From: Nitrosospira multiformis ATCC 25196
Lineage (GTDB): Bacteria > Pseudomonadota > Gammaproteobacteria > Burkholderiales > Nitrosomonadaceae
Direction of reading: 5' to 3'
Assembly: GCF_000196355.1 (NCBI RefSeq)
Contig: NC_007614.1
Coordinates: 2,370,001-2,402,000 of the forward strand
Length of the DNA stretch: 32,000 bases
Positions 20,779-28,758 of the stretch are shown piece by piece (position 1 is the stretch's first letter; the number at the start of each line of letters is the position of its first letter). Position numbers and translations under genes: made by a program. The notes under the pieces were generated by a model. That model worked only from the letters and a program-made list of their open reading frames with translations, was not told the origin of the DNA and did no database searches.

Positions 20779-20785
20779 AATGAAC
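20779..20785. repeat. Left target-site duplication of IS copy B (AATGAAC)
   Basis: It is identical to the 7-mer at 22008-22014, immediately outside the other IS end. Confidence 0.85.
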
Positions 20786-22007
20786 TGTAGTAGTCGCGAT
20801 CCCATCAGACAGTTTCCCGATTTGACTGGTGCAGTTGTCAGATCAGATTCAACTGTTCAGTAATGTGATTTTATCGTTCCACACCTCCTTTCCGTCAATT
20901 AATGTTTGCATGGGTGTTCGCCCGCAGCACATCTTGCCCTGATGAGTGCGGTCGTGATTGTAGTAGTGCAGCCAGTCATCCAGGTCAATTTGCAACTCCT
21001 CGATTGATCGGTATATCTTGCGCCGGAACGCGACCTGGTAGAACTCTTGCAGGATCGTCTTGTGAAAGCGCTCACAGATGCCGTTGGTCTGCGGATGATT
21101 GGCTTTGGTGCGAGTATGTTCAATATCATTGAGCGCCAGATAGAGCTGATAATCGTGAGTCTCTGGCTTGCCGCAATATTCAGTGCCTCGGTCGGTCAGA
21201 ATTCGGATCAGGCCCATGTCCTGTTCTGCAAAGAAGGGTAGTACCCGATCGTTGAGCAAATCCGCGCCTGTAATCGGCGTTTTGGTCGTATAGAGCTTGG
21301 CTGTGGCCCACTTGGAGTAGGTGTCGACGAAGGTCTGCTGATAAATACGACCCACGCCCTTGATCGTGCCCACATAGAAGGTATCCTGACTGCCAAGGTA
21401 GCCTGAATGGGCGGTTTCCACCTCCCCATGGGCGACATCGTCGTCCTGCTTCTTCTCCAGGGCACTAACCTGCGCTTCGGTCAGCACTTCTCCAGTCTGC
21501 GCGATATGACATTCCAGTGCCGCCAACCGCTTCTTGAATGATTCCAGGTCCCTGCGCAGCCAGACAGAGCGAACGCCTGAAGGAGAAATGAAGATGCCGC
21601 GTTTGCGTAACTCGTTGGAAACGCGCACTTGCCCGAATGCAGGCTGCTCAAGGGCAAATGCAGCTACCGCCATCTCGACTGCTTCTTCAACTCTATTCTT
21701 GGGATTGGGCTTCCTTCGATTGGCATCAATCAGGGCATCGATACCACCATTTTCCATCGCTGACTGATACCGATAGAAGGTATCCCGGGAAAAGCCCATC
21801 ACCTTGCAGGCACGCGATACATTGCCAAGCTCGGCTGCCAGATTAAGCAGCCCTACCTTGTGCTTAATAACATTTTGTTGAACACTACTCATGGGGTTAC
21901 TCCTTTGCGCTTTCAGCGCTCAATTTGATAAAGATTCGCACCTCTATCAAACCGGGTAACCCCACCTTTGGCAAGGCCTACTGTCAGATTAAATCTGAAC
22001 TACTACA
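20786..22007 (-). mobile_element. IS481-family insertion sequence, copy B (1222 bp)
   Basis: It has the same ends and the same orientation as copy A, at an offset of 3997 bp. By eye the only differences are 3 substitutions and a 1-bp indel, corresponding to 17967-17982 in copy A. Confidence 0.9.
20849..21892 (-). CDS. IS481-family DDE transposase (identical protein to 16852-17895)
   Basis: The ORF-track translation is identical to that of copy A. Confidence 0.9.
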   Translation of the reverse strand: MSSVQQNVIKHKVGLLNLAAELGNVSRACKVMGFSRDTFYRYQSAMENGGIDALIDANRRKPNPKNRVEEAVEMAVAAFALEQPAFGQVRVSNELRKRGIFISPSGVRSVWLRRDLESFKKRLAALECHIAQTGEVLTEAQVSALEKKQDDDVAHGEVETAHSGYLGSQDTFYVGTIKGVGRIYQQTFVDTYSKWATAKLYTTKTPITGADLLNDRVLPFFAEQDMGLIRILTDRGTEYCGKPETHDYQLYLALNDIEHTRTKANHPQTNGICERFHKTILQEFYQVAFRRKIYRSIEELQIDLDDWLHYYNHDRTHQGKMCCGRTPMQTLIDGKEVWNDKITLLNS

Positions 22008-22014
22008 AATGAAC
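22008..22014. repeat. Right target-site duplication of IS copy B (AATGAAC); contains the ATG of the downstream ORF
   Basis: It matches 20779-20785. The ATG lies at 22009-22011. Confidence 0.85.
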
Positions 22015-22320
22015 AGATACTTAGTCCAGCTCGACTTCATCTCCTTTATAAAATTCAACTCGTTGTCGTTCTGTTGCGCCAATACGCTGTTTTCCCCTTT
22101 CAACGCCCTTTTCACTTTTGAAAGCAGCGGAATCGGTAGAGCGCTGCTCGCTCTCTTTTTAGCTCCATTCGCCGGCCTGCTTCTGGGTGCAGTCTTTGGT
22201 ATTCTTGCATATCCGCTTTACCGGTTTCTGACCTCCCATAGCGAGTTTCTGGCTGCTTTATCAGGCAGATTTCAGGAAATATCGGACGAAACCCCGGAGG
22301 AATCTCTTCCTGACAAATAG
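22009..22320 (+). CDS. Hypothetical small membrane protein (103 aa)
   Basis: The hydrophobic segment ALLALFLAPFAGLLLGAVFGILAYPLY suggests a membrane protein. The track ORF 21925-22320 begins inside the IS, so the first ATG outside the IS is used here. No SD remains after the insertion. Confidence 0.4.
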   Translation: MNRYLVQLDFISFIKFNSLSFCCANTLFSPFNALFTFESSGIGRALLALFLAPFAGLLLGAVFGILAYPLYRFLTSHSEFLAALSGRFQEISDETPEESLPDK

Positions 22321-22409
22321 CGTTTACGACATTCCTCGCATGCGTTCTGCCTTTCACAGCGACAGGGGATGAACCCTGCCCATATGATCTTTTCCGATAG
22401 GAGTCTTCA

Positions 22410-22769
22410 TTGAAAATCAAAGCCACCGTTGAAGAAGTATTATCCCGCATTCCCGGTCCCGTAACCGTGGAATGGCCAATGGGAGAACGTTTTGCCGTTG
22501 CCCTGGCGCATGGCACCATGTCGGTCGAGTATTACGCTCCCGTCGGACATGATCCGCAAACGCCGCACGAGCAGGATGAAGTCTATTTCGTCCATCGGGG
22601 AACGGGTGAGCTGGTGGTTGAAGGGGAGCGTTATCCATTCAAAGAGGGCGACTGCCTTTTTGTACCCGCCAACGTTGAGCACCGGTTCGAGAATTTCTCG
22701 AGCGATTTTGGAACCTGGGTGGTATTCTGGGGACCCAAAGGAGGAGAAAAAGGTATGGATCTCAGCTGA
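22410..22769 (+). CDS. Cupin-domain protein
   Basis: The TTG start has AGGAG 6-7 nt upstream. A cupin_2-like core is present (EVYFVHRGTGELVVEGERYPFKEGDCLFVPANVEHRFEN). Confidence 0.8.
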   Translation: MKIKATVEEVLSRIPGPVTVEWPMGERFAVALAHGTMSVEYYAPVGHDPQTPHEQDEVYFVHRGTGELVVEGERYPFKEGDCLFVPANVEHRFENFSSDFGTWVVFWGPKGGEKGMDLS

Positions 22770-22832
22770 AGAATCCTCCTGGCCGAACGTCTCGCCAACG
22801 TTTGATCGACTAATACAGCCGAAATCGAGCGA

Positions 22833-23633
22833 TTGACGGAACTTAAAGGAACGTATTCCAAGGAAGAAAATGTTTTCAAAGTATCCAAACCGCACACTGA
22901 TGTAAAAATAAAGGTAGATAAATGGCCAATGCCGCCTTTCATGGGCTTGGGATCATGGGCTGGCTTTGCTCCTGCACAGGATGACCAGGTCGTAATGATG
23001 GGCGATACCGTGCTGTTCGAGGATGAGGTCAATCCTGCGATAAGCGCGGCTTTCGAGGCGGGGCTGGAAGTAACTGGCTTGCACAATCATTTTTTCTTTG
23101 ATGAACCCAAGGTGTATTTCATGCACATCGGTGGCAGGGGAAGCGCTGCTGAACTTTCGGCCGGGGTAAAGAAGATTTATGACAAGGTCGCTGAAATCCG
23201 CGCTGTCCAGCCTGTTCCCTCTTCACGGTTTCCCAAGACAATCCCGCAGGAGAACAAGATTTCCCCTCAGCCTTTGGAACAAATCCTTGGAATGAAAGGA
23301 AGCTCAAAAGATGGCATGTTTAAAGTTGTCATCGGGCGCCCCGCCACTATGGGCGTCGGTGGGAAAAGAAATGGGTATAAACACATGGGCGGCCTTTGCG
23401 GGCAGCGATAGCGAGGCAGTGGTGGATGGAGATTTCGTCATGCTCGCCGATGAAATGCAGCCTGTCTTGAGAACAATGCGAGAAGGTGGCATCAATATTG
23501 TTGCGATTCATCAACACATGACACATGAGAAGCCGCACTATTTATTCATGCACTACTGGGGCAAAGGAATGCGAAGAACCTGGCTAAAACCATCAAGAAT
23601 GCATTGAATGCACAAACTGGCCCTTCAGAATAG
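22833..23633 (+). pseudogene. DUF1259 (LppY/LpqO-like) gene disrupted by two frameshifts and lacking a signal peptide
   Basis: Two homologous half-repeats are present (..MGLGSWAGFAP..GLHNHFFFDEPKVYFMHIGGRG and ..MGINTWAAFAG..AIHQHMTHEKPHYLFMHYWGKG). The reading frame changes 0 to 1 near 23355-23362 and 1 to 0 near 23566-23568. The family-like tail NAKNLAKTIKNALNAQ ends at TAG 23631-23633. Confidence 0.7.
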
Positions 23634-23682
23634 TCCTGTGTGACGCAATCTCAGGATAGCCTGTACCCGTCTGTGCCCGTCA

Positions 23683-24951
23683 ATGAATCAGGTAAAGAAG
23701 GTTAAGTCGGTGGAAACAGGCCGGATCGGCAGAACACTTACCCGCCTGCTCATGCCGGTAGGAGTAGCCGAGGTTGCTTCCCCCTTACTGATCGCTCGCG
23801 CACTGCGTGGCTTTGCAGACGGTTATGTCGTTGTGCTTTTGCCTGCGTACCTGCTGGCGCTGGGGTTTGACCAGCTATATGTAGGCTATTTAAGTACGGC
23901 TACCCTTGCGGGATCCGCCCTGGCGACATTGGCGATCGGAGCAATGGGCTACCGCTGGTCAAGCCGTCGGCTGTTGCTGTTCGCTGCCCTGTTAATGACA
24001 GCTACCGGCCTTGCTTTCGCGAGCGTTTCTTCGTTTTTGCCGCTCCTCATTGTCGCATTTGTTGGAACCCTTAATCCGAGTTCGGGCGATGTGAGCATGT
24101 TTTTACCCCTGGAGCATGCTCGTCTGGCACAGGGAGCAACTGGTAACCTACGCACCACTCTGTTTGCCCGTTACACGCTTACTGGTTCGTTAAGCGCGGC
24201 TGTAGGTGCCTTGGCCGCTGGCATCCCCTCCTGGCTGATGCAATGGGCAGGGCTACCCTTGATTGATGGTTTGCGCACAATGTTTGTGCTGTACGGCCTG
24301 CTCGGCGGATTGGTTTGGCTGCTCTATCGGGCTCTGCCAGCGGGCGACATCTCTACCAAGCAGTTACCAGCGCCGCTAGGTCCGTCACGCAGTATCGTTT
24401 TCAAGCTTGCGATGTTGTTCAGCCTTGATGCATTTGCCGGGGGATTGGTGGTGAATTCGCTACTCACACTCTGGCTTTTTGAGCGATTTGGACTCTCACC
24501 GGGAGAGGCAGGAACCTTTTTCTTCTGCGCAGGGCTTCTATCGGCCGGATCGCAGCTCGCTGCACCTGTAATTGCCCGCAAGATCGGACTGCTTAACACG
24601 ATGGTCTTCACTCACATTCCTGCAAACGTGTGTCTCATTTTTGCCGCAATTGCTCCAAACGTAGAAATCGCGCTGACGCTATTGTTCGTGCGAAGTGCAT
24701 TATCGCAGATGGATGTGCCCACACGAACTGCCTATGTGATGGCTGCAGTTACGCCACCCGAGCGTGCTGCCGCGGCAAGCTTCACTACCGTACCTCGCAG
24801 CCTTGCCTCAGTCCTGAGTCCAAGCTTGGCCGGCGCCTTGCTGGCCAGCGGGCTTCTTAGCGCTCCCTTAATTGCTTGTGGAGCTTTAAAGATTGCATAT
24901 GACTTGGCGTTGCTGGTGTCCTTCAGCCGCGTGAATGTTCCGCTGGATTAG
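23683..24951 (+). CDS. MFS transporter
   Basis: The 422-aa ORF has about 12 hydrophobic segments and an MFS-like loop motif (RALRGFADG). The substrate is unknown. Confidence 0.85.
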   Translation: MNQVKKVKSVETGRIGRTLTRLLMPVGVAEVASPLLIARALRGFADGYVVVLLPAYLLALGFDQLYVGYLSTATLAGSALATLAIGAMGYRWSSRRLLLFAALLMTATGLAFASVSSFLPLLIVAFVGTLNPSSGDVSMFLPLEHARLAQGATGNLRTTLFARYTLTGSLSAAVGALAAGIPSWLMQWAGLPLIDGLRTMFVLYGLLGGLVWLLYRALPAGDISTKQLPAPLGPSRSIVFKLAMLFSLDAFAGGLVVNSLLTLWLFERFGLSPGEAGTFFFCAGLLSAGSQLAAPVIARKIGLLNTMVFTHIPANVCLIFAAIAPNVEIALTLLFVRSALSQMDVPTRTAYVMAAVTPPERAAAASFTTVPRSLASVLSPSLAGALLASGLLSAPLIACGALKIAYDLALLVSFSRVNVPLD

Positions 24952-25028
24952 GATACCTGTTTCAGGTGCTGCTACCTTTACTCCCCATTTCGAGGGAATA
25001 GTCGTTGTAGCTGAACTCTCCTTGTCAA

Positions 25029-25052
25029 CGGGCGGCCTTCGGCAGCCGCCCG
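25029..25052 (+). terminator. GC-rich hairpin downstream of the MFS gene (weak terminator candidate)
   Basis: CGGGCGGC (25029-25036) pairs with GCCGCCCG (25045-25052) around an 8-nt loop. The T-run is not adjacent (cttctggttcagtttt). Confidence 0.3.
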
Positions 25053-25304
25053 CTTCTGGTTCAGTTTTGCAATCACAATTTCTGTTCGAGTTTCCCAAAA
25101 GGAACAATAGAGGTAAAGCTGTTATCCCAACAGGTTGCGCATGAAGGTATAAAAAACGGCGAAGGAGACCCAATACCCGAATCAAAGGGATTCAGCCGTA
25201 GCTTTACTGATGGAACATTGAAAACTGCTTTTTCGGCTTTCCCCCACAGCAACCGAACTAACCGACAGAACTTTTAAACCTTCGAAATGATAGAGTTCTC
25301 CACT

Positions 25305-27989
25305 CTATGCATTGATCCGAACATTCGCGAAAGCTACGTTCCCTGTATGCGTTTGCAGCCCAATATAACCTGAATTGGGATCAACGCTGGGTGGATTCCC
25401 TCTAGCAGTATCGGAGGGGCTACGCTTAAACCGGGTTACCTCCTGACCGTTGAGCCGAACAACGTAATCCTGCTTTTTTACCTCGATTTCGTAGTGATGC
25501 CATTGTCGTGCCGCAAGAGAGATGTTGTTTTGGTAATTCTGCTGCCCTTCGCCGGTCCCCAATGACTTGATTTTATAAATTGCCCCGGTTCTCGCAAAAA
25601 ATGAACCATCCGGCTCGCCGAAACGCGTATCACCCCGTGCTTCTTCATCGATCTGGATTTCAAACCCAGTATGAACCGCAACGAAGGCCGCATTGTCTGC
25701 GGGATCGACCGGATCGGGAGCGGGATCAGGCAGGCGCGAATCACGGAACCGAACGAAGACACCCGAGTTATCGTTGCCATTGCCTCGCGGGTGAGGAAGA
25801 AGAAAATCGAGGCGTAGTGTGAAATCCTCAAAGGGTTTTGGCTTGTAGAAGAGCAAGCCCATGCCTTTTTCATTCTGCTGGGCAATTATCGTGCGGCCAA
25901 ACCGGGAGAACGAGCCTCCTCCAGCCATCTCCCAATTCGCGAACTGCGCATCGCTTCCGTCAAATAGGTACGTGAAACCTGGTTCCGATACCAAGAGTGG
26001 CGGCTCCGGCATCAGGTGATCTCCTAGTCGGCGGACCAGGGCAATGCCTGTGAGCATCGGGTTTGGTGAACCCATGGTAGGAAAGAGTGCGGGTCCAGCG
26101 ACATAAGTATTTGTCACATTATGGAAACGGCAATCGGGATCGGTCACCGATTTGTTCGGATCCTCTCCCATTCGCAACGTTCCGGCTTCATGATGTGTCG
26201 TGCCCAGACCATCGCGGCGACCCCGACCGGCCTGATCAGAGAATTTATATGGCAGAACCGTTGCAAGTGAACTCGGATCAATATTCGTCACAATCACATT
26301 TCCGTTCTTGATGACATCGATTTTCTGACCGTTGGCAAAGACTTTCGCGACCTCATCCGACGCCTTATCCATCGCATCCCACAGTTCGTAGTCGCGAGAA
26401 CTGGGCTGGAGGTTCACAAATGCTCGCCGTGCCTGGAATTCGTCTTTTTGTTGCGGATCAAGATCGAGCGTAACCGAGCTACCGAAGTCACTGTCGTTCT
26501 TGGGCTCCATCTCACCGATGCCGCGAATCGTAATGACGACGTGTGTGTCAGTCGCATTCTTGTGTGCATCGAACAGGTCAATGTCCGGGATTTTCTTGAA
26601 GAGCTCAGCTTCAGAATTGGTCCCGTTGGTGCCCAGACCTGACGCAGTAATCTGGAAATGGAAGTGGGCAAAACCATCTGCGGAACCATCGGCCTTCTTG
26701 AACTCATGTCGGCCTTTTACAAAAAGCGCCGACGCTTCGAGGGCTTTGACTGCCGGCGGCAGCGCTGCCAGTGCCGCGCGGGGAACTCGAAAATCGACAT
26801 TCGAGCGTAAATGGGCTATCAGGTTCCTGCCAATTTTTCCATCCGTCCCAAAGGAAGTTAGCGCCAGACGAGCGCTCTCGATCGTGCCGAGAGCAATGAT
26901 GACTTTGCTGTCCGGGGAAACAGGCAGCACTCCCCGCTCGGTAACGATCTCGCTCACGCGTCGCCCCCCTTCGGTATTGACAGTGTTGAGTTGCGTGACG
27001 TGGCAGCGTTCCACGACCATTAGCCGTTTTTTTACGTCATCAAGCCGATTTATTACTCCATCGAACGGGGTTTGGGTTGACGCCTCGCGGGCTGCCTTCA
27101 TGAGTAACGGAACCGCGCTGAATTTGTTAAACGGAAAAAACCCGGCGTGCCCCACTTGTCCCTGCACGGCCAATGGTGCTTCAAGTTTTGCTTCATCGCG
27201 GAGCTTCTGGATAGAAGGCGGCGGACTCGGCAATTTATCGATGCCAAGCAGCTTGGCCAAATCGTTGATTGTTACTGGAGTGTTGCCATAATAGACTGCG
27301 GGATGATCGGGCAGCAACGCAAGATCATATACATCAGGGATCGAGGAGAGGGCTCCGAACAGCTGTTGCCGCATCGCCCGGTGTAAATCGCCAAAAATGA
27401 AATCATTCGTCTCTGTGACCCCGATCTGATCGCTTGATTGCCGGAAATAACCCTTTCGACCATCTGGCAGAACCTTTGCCGTTAAATCGTCGAGCACCCC
27501 TTTTGGCCAAACGTCTTTTGGCATTTCTGCGTCAAGCAATCGGGGCAACCACCCACCCCAGTAAATCGAGCGTCCGCCCAGGCAGTAAGCAAGCCCAGGA
27601 AAACCGAAAGGATCACTTGAATTCCAGGCAAGGCCCCAGACTTCGCCTTGCAGCGAATGATCCTTGCGGGCGCCAGCGGTATCGAGGCCGAGCATTGGTA
27701 GATTCTGCACGTGTTCCGGTAGGAGGAAGGGACCAGCCTCAAGCACGAGAATACGCTCACTGCGCTGAGTGCTTCGGAACCACAGATGTTCAGCAATAGC
27801 CGCACCAAATGTGCCCCCGCCAATTATGATGAAATCAAACGGCCGAAGATCGCCTCGGCCAGGCAATCCGGCAGCGGCACGGGCGTTTGGATCTATGGTA
27901 ACGAGCGCTTCGTCAAAGGTATTGCAGTCGTAACGTCCGAGAACATCGCGGGTAAAGGCGGTGTTGTAGTCGGGGGCGATAAGTGGCAT
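25305..27989 (-). CDS. Fusion protein: GMC / pyranose-oxidase-like FAD oxidoreductase (N-terminal, about 650 aa) plus DUF1080 / 3-keto-disaccharide-hydrolase-like domain (C-terminal, about 230 aa)
   Basis: The N-terminal part has a Rossmann FAD motif DFIIIGGGTFGAAIAE...VLEAG and a GMC C-terminal region (GTTHHEAGTLRMG...NTYVAGPALFPTMGSPNPMLT). The C-terminal part has the DUF1080 pattern (YLFDGSD..W, FEDFTLRLDF, NSGVFVRF, GFEIQIDE, TGAIYKI, YIGLQTHTG.VAF.NVRI). AGGAG lies 9 nt upstream of the ATG. Confidence 0.8.
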   Translation of the reverse strand: MPLIAPDYNTAFTRDVLGRYDCNTFDEALVTIDPNARAAAGLPGRGDLRPFDFIIIGGGTFGAAIAEHLWFRSTQRSERILVLEAGPFLLPEHVQNLPMLGLDTAGARKDHSLQGEVWGLAWNSSDPFGFPGLAYCLGGRSIYWGGWLPRLLDAEMPKDVWPKGVLDDLTAKVLPDGRKGYFRQSSDQIGVTETNDFIFGDLHRAMRQQLFGALSSIPDVYDLALLPDHPAVYYGNTPVTINDLAKLLGIDKLPSPPPSIQKLRDEAKLEAPLAVQGQVGHAGFFPFNKFSAVPLLMKAAREASTQTPFDGVINRLDDVKKRLMVVERCHVTQLNTVNTEGGRRVSEIVTERGVLPVSPDSKVIIALGTIESARLALTSFGTDGKIGRNLIAHLRSNVDFRVPRAALAALPPAVKALEASALFVKGRHEFKKADGSADGFAHFHFQITASGLGTNGTNSEAELFKKIPDIDLFDAHKNATDTHVVITIRGIGEMEPKNDSDFGSSVTLDLDPQQKDEFQARRAFVNLQPSSRDYELWDAMDKASDEVAKVFANGQKIDVIKNGNVIVTNIDPSSLATVLPYKFSDQAGRGRRDGLGTTHHEAGTLRMGEDPNKSVTDPDCRFHNVTNTYVAGPALFPTMGSPNPMLTGIALVRRLGDHLMPEPPLLVSEPGFTYLFDGSDAQFANWEMAGGGSFSRFGRTIIAQQNEKGMGLLFYKPKPFEDFTLRLDFLLPHPRGNGNDNSGVFVRFRDSRLPDPAPDPVDPADNAAFVAVHTGFEIQIDEEARGDTRFGEPDGSFFARTGAIYKIKSLGTGEGQQNYQNNISLAARQWHHYEIEVKKQDYVVRLNGQEVTRFKRSPSDTARGNPPSVDPNSGYIGLQTHTGNVAFANVRINA

Positions 27990-28377
27990 GGCGGTTTGCT
28001 CCTATATTTAATATCCGAGGATTTTGAATATTCGTAGAATTTTTCTGGTTCTATCGAACAGGACGCCATACAGTTACAGTTCTAGTTCTGATCTCCGCTC
28101 AACGATACCCTGACGCTCCCTGTTTTTATCCTCCGATACATAGCTGTGTTCGACACCATCATTTTATTTCTGTTATTAAACCTAGTTCATGAGCGGCGAA
28201 TGTCAAGGAAAGGTATGAGCACAACGAGAAGGAGGATTAGCAGTTCTTGAGGTAGAAGTTCAAGTGTTATTGCACAACGGTTTTTGTCTACTGGCGCCGA
28301 ACTCTGGGAGTAGAAAACAAACATTGGCACCACCGGCTTCAAGGGTATAGAATTCCTTTTCCCGTTTTTCTTATGCC

Positions 28378-28758
28378 ATGAACAAAATCATGCCCAGGCG
28401 CCATATCCATTTCGTCATGCTCATGCTGTTCGTCAGCATGATGACAAATGCCTTGAGCTGGGCATTTAACGGGGAGGTCTTTGCGCATGAGCTTGATCAC
28501 GCGCATCACGTTCTGTCCCTGGATCCGACGGCTCACCTCGAAGCCCATCAGCATGCTCTGCGTGACGACAAAGGTCACCTCGATGCAGCGACTCATCTGT
28601 GCCTGCACGCAGCCGGGCAATATCAGCCCTTTTTCCTGACAGCACCCCTCATGGTGGCAGCTTCCACTGCTGAGGAAGTCATAACAGGATTCGTCATTGT
28701 CACTATCCCCGAATCCATCCCCGATTCACCTCTTCATCCTCCCCGCAGAGTCTCTTAA
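28378..28758 (+). CDS. His-rich small exported protein, CzcI-like by position
   Basis: It has a signal-like N-terminus (FVMLMLFVSMMTNALSWA) and a histidine cluster (HELDHAHH...HLEAHQH...H.C.HAAG). It sits upstream of and co-oriented with czcC. The family assignment is from memory only. Confidence 0.45.
   Translation: MNKIMPRRHIHFVMLMLFVSMMTNALSWAFNGEVFAHELDHAHHVLSLDPTAHLEAHQHALRDDKGHLDAATHLCLHAAGQYQPFFLTAPLMVAASTAEEVITGFVIVTIPESIPDSPLHPPRRVS

Noticed and set aside
16789-22007. A composite transposon (IS-lon-IS) that mobilised lon as one unit.
   Set aside because: Each IS copy has its own matching 7-bp duplication (GCTCAGA for copy A, AATGAAC for copy B), and the two outer flanks differ. This indicates two independent insertions into a pre-existing locus.
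21925-22008. The N-terminal 28 codons of track ORF 21925-22320.
   Set aside because: These codons lie inside the IS right end, so the long form is a chimera created by the insertion. The first ATG outside the IS (22009) is used instead.
22767-22835. A possible stop-codon readthrough or selenoprotein-type fusion of the cupin and DUF1259 ORFs. Both are in frame 0 and are separated only by TGA (22767), 11 codons and TGA (22803).
   Set aside because: I saw no SECIS-like structure, two consecutive stops would both need recoding, and the downstream gene is independently broken by frameshifts. Coincidental phasing is the simpler explanation.
26500-27291. A 263-aa plus-strand ORF.
   Set aside because: It is antisense to the GMC-DUF1080 gene, which has strong motif support. 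It has no start context or recognisable motifs.
28325-28340. A TGGCAC word suggesting a sigma54 -24 element upstream of the His-rich ORF.
   Set aside because: The required GC of the -12 element is 2 nt out of register (TGGCACcaccgGCTTC), so it does not fit TGGCAC-N5-TTGC.
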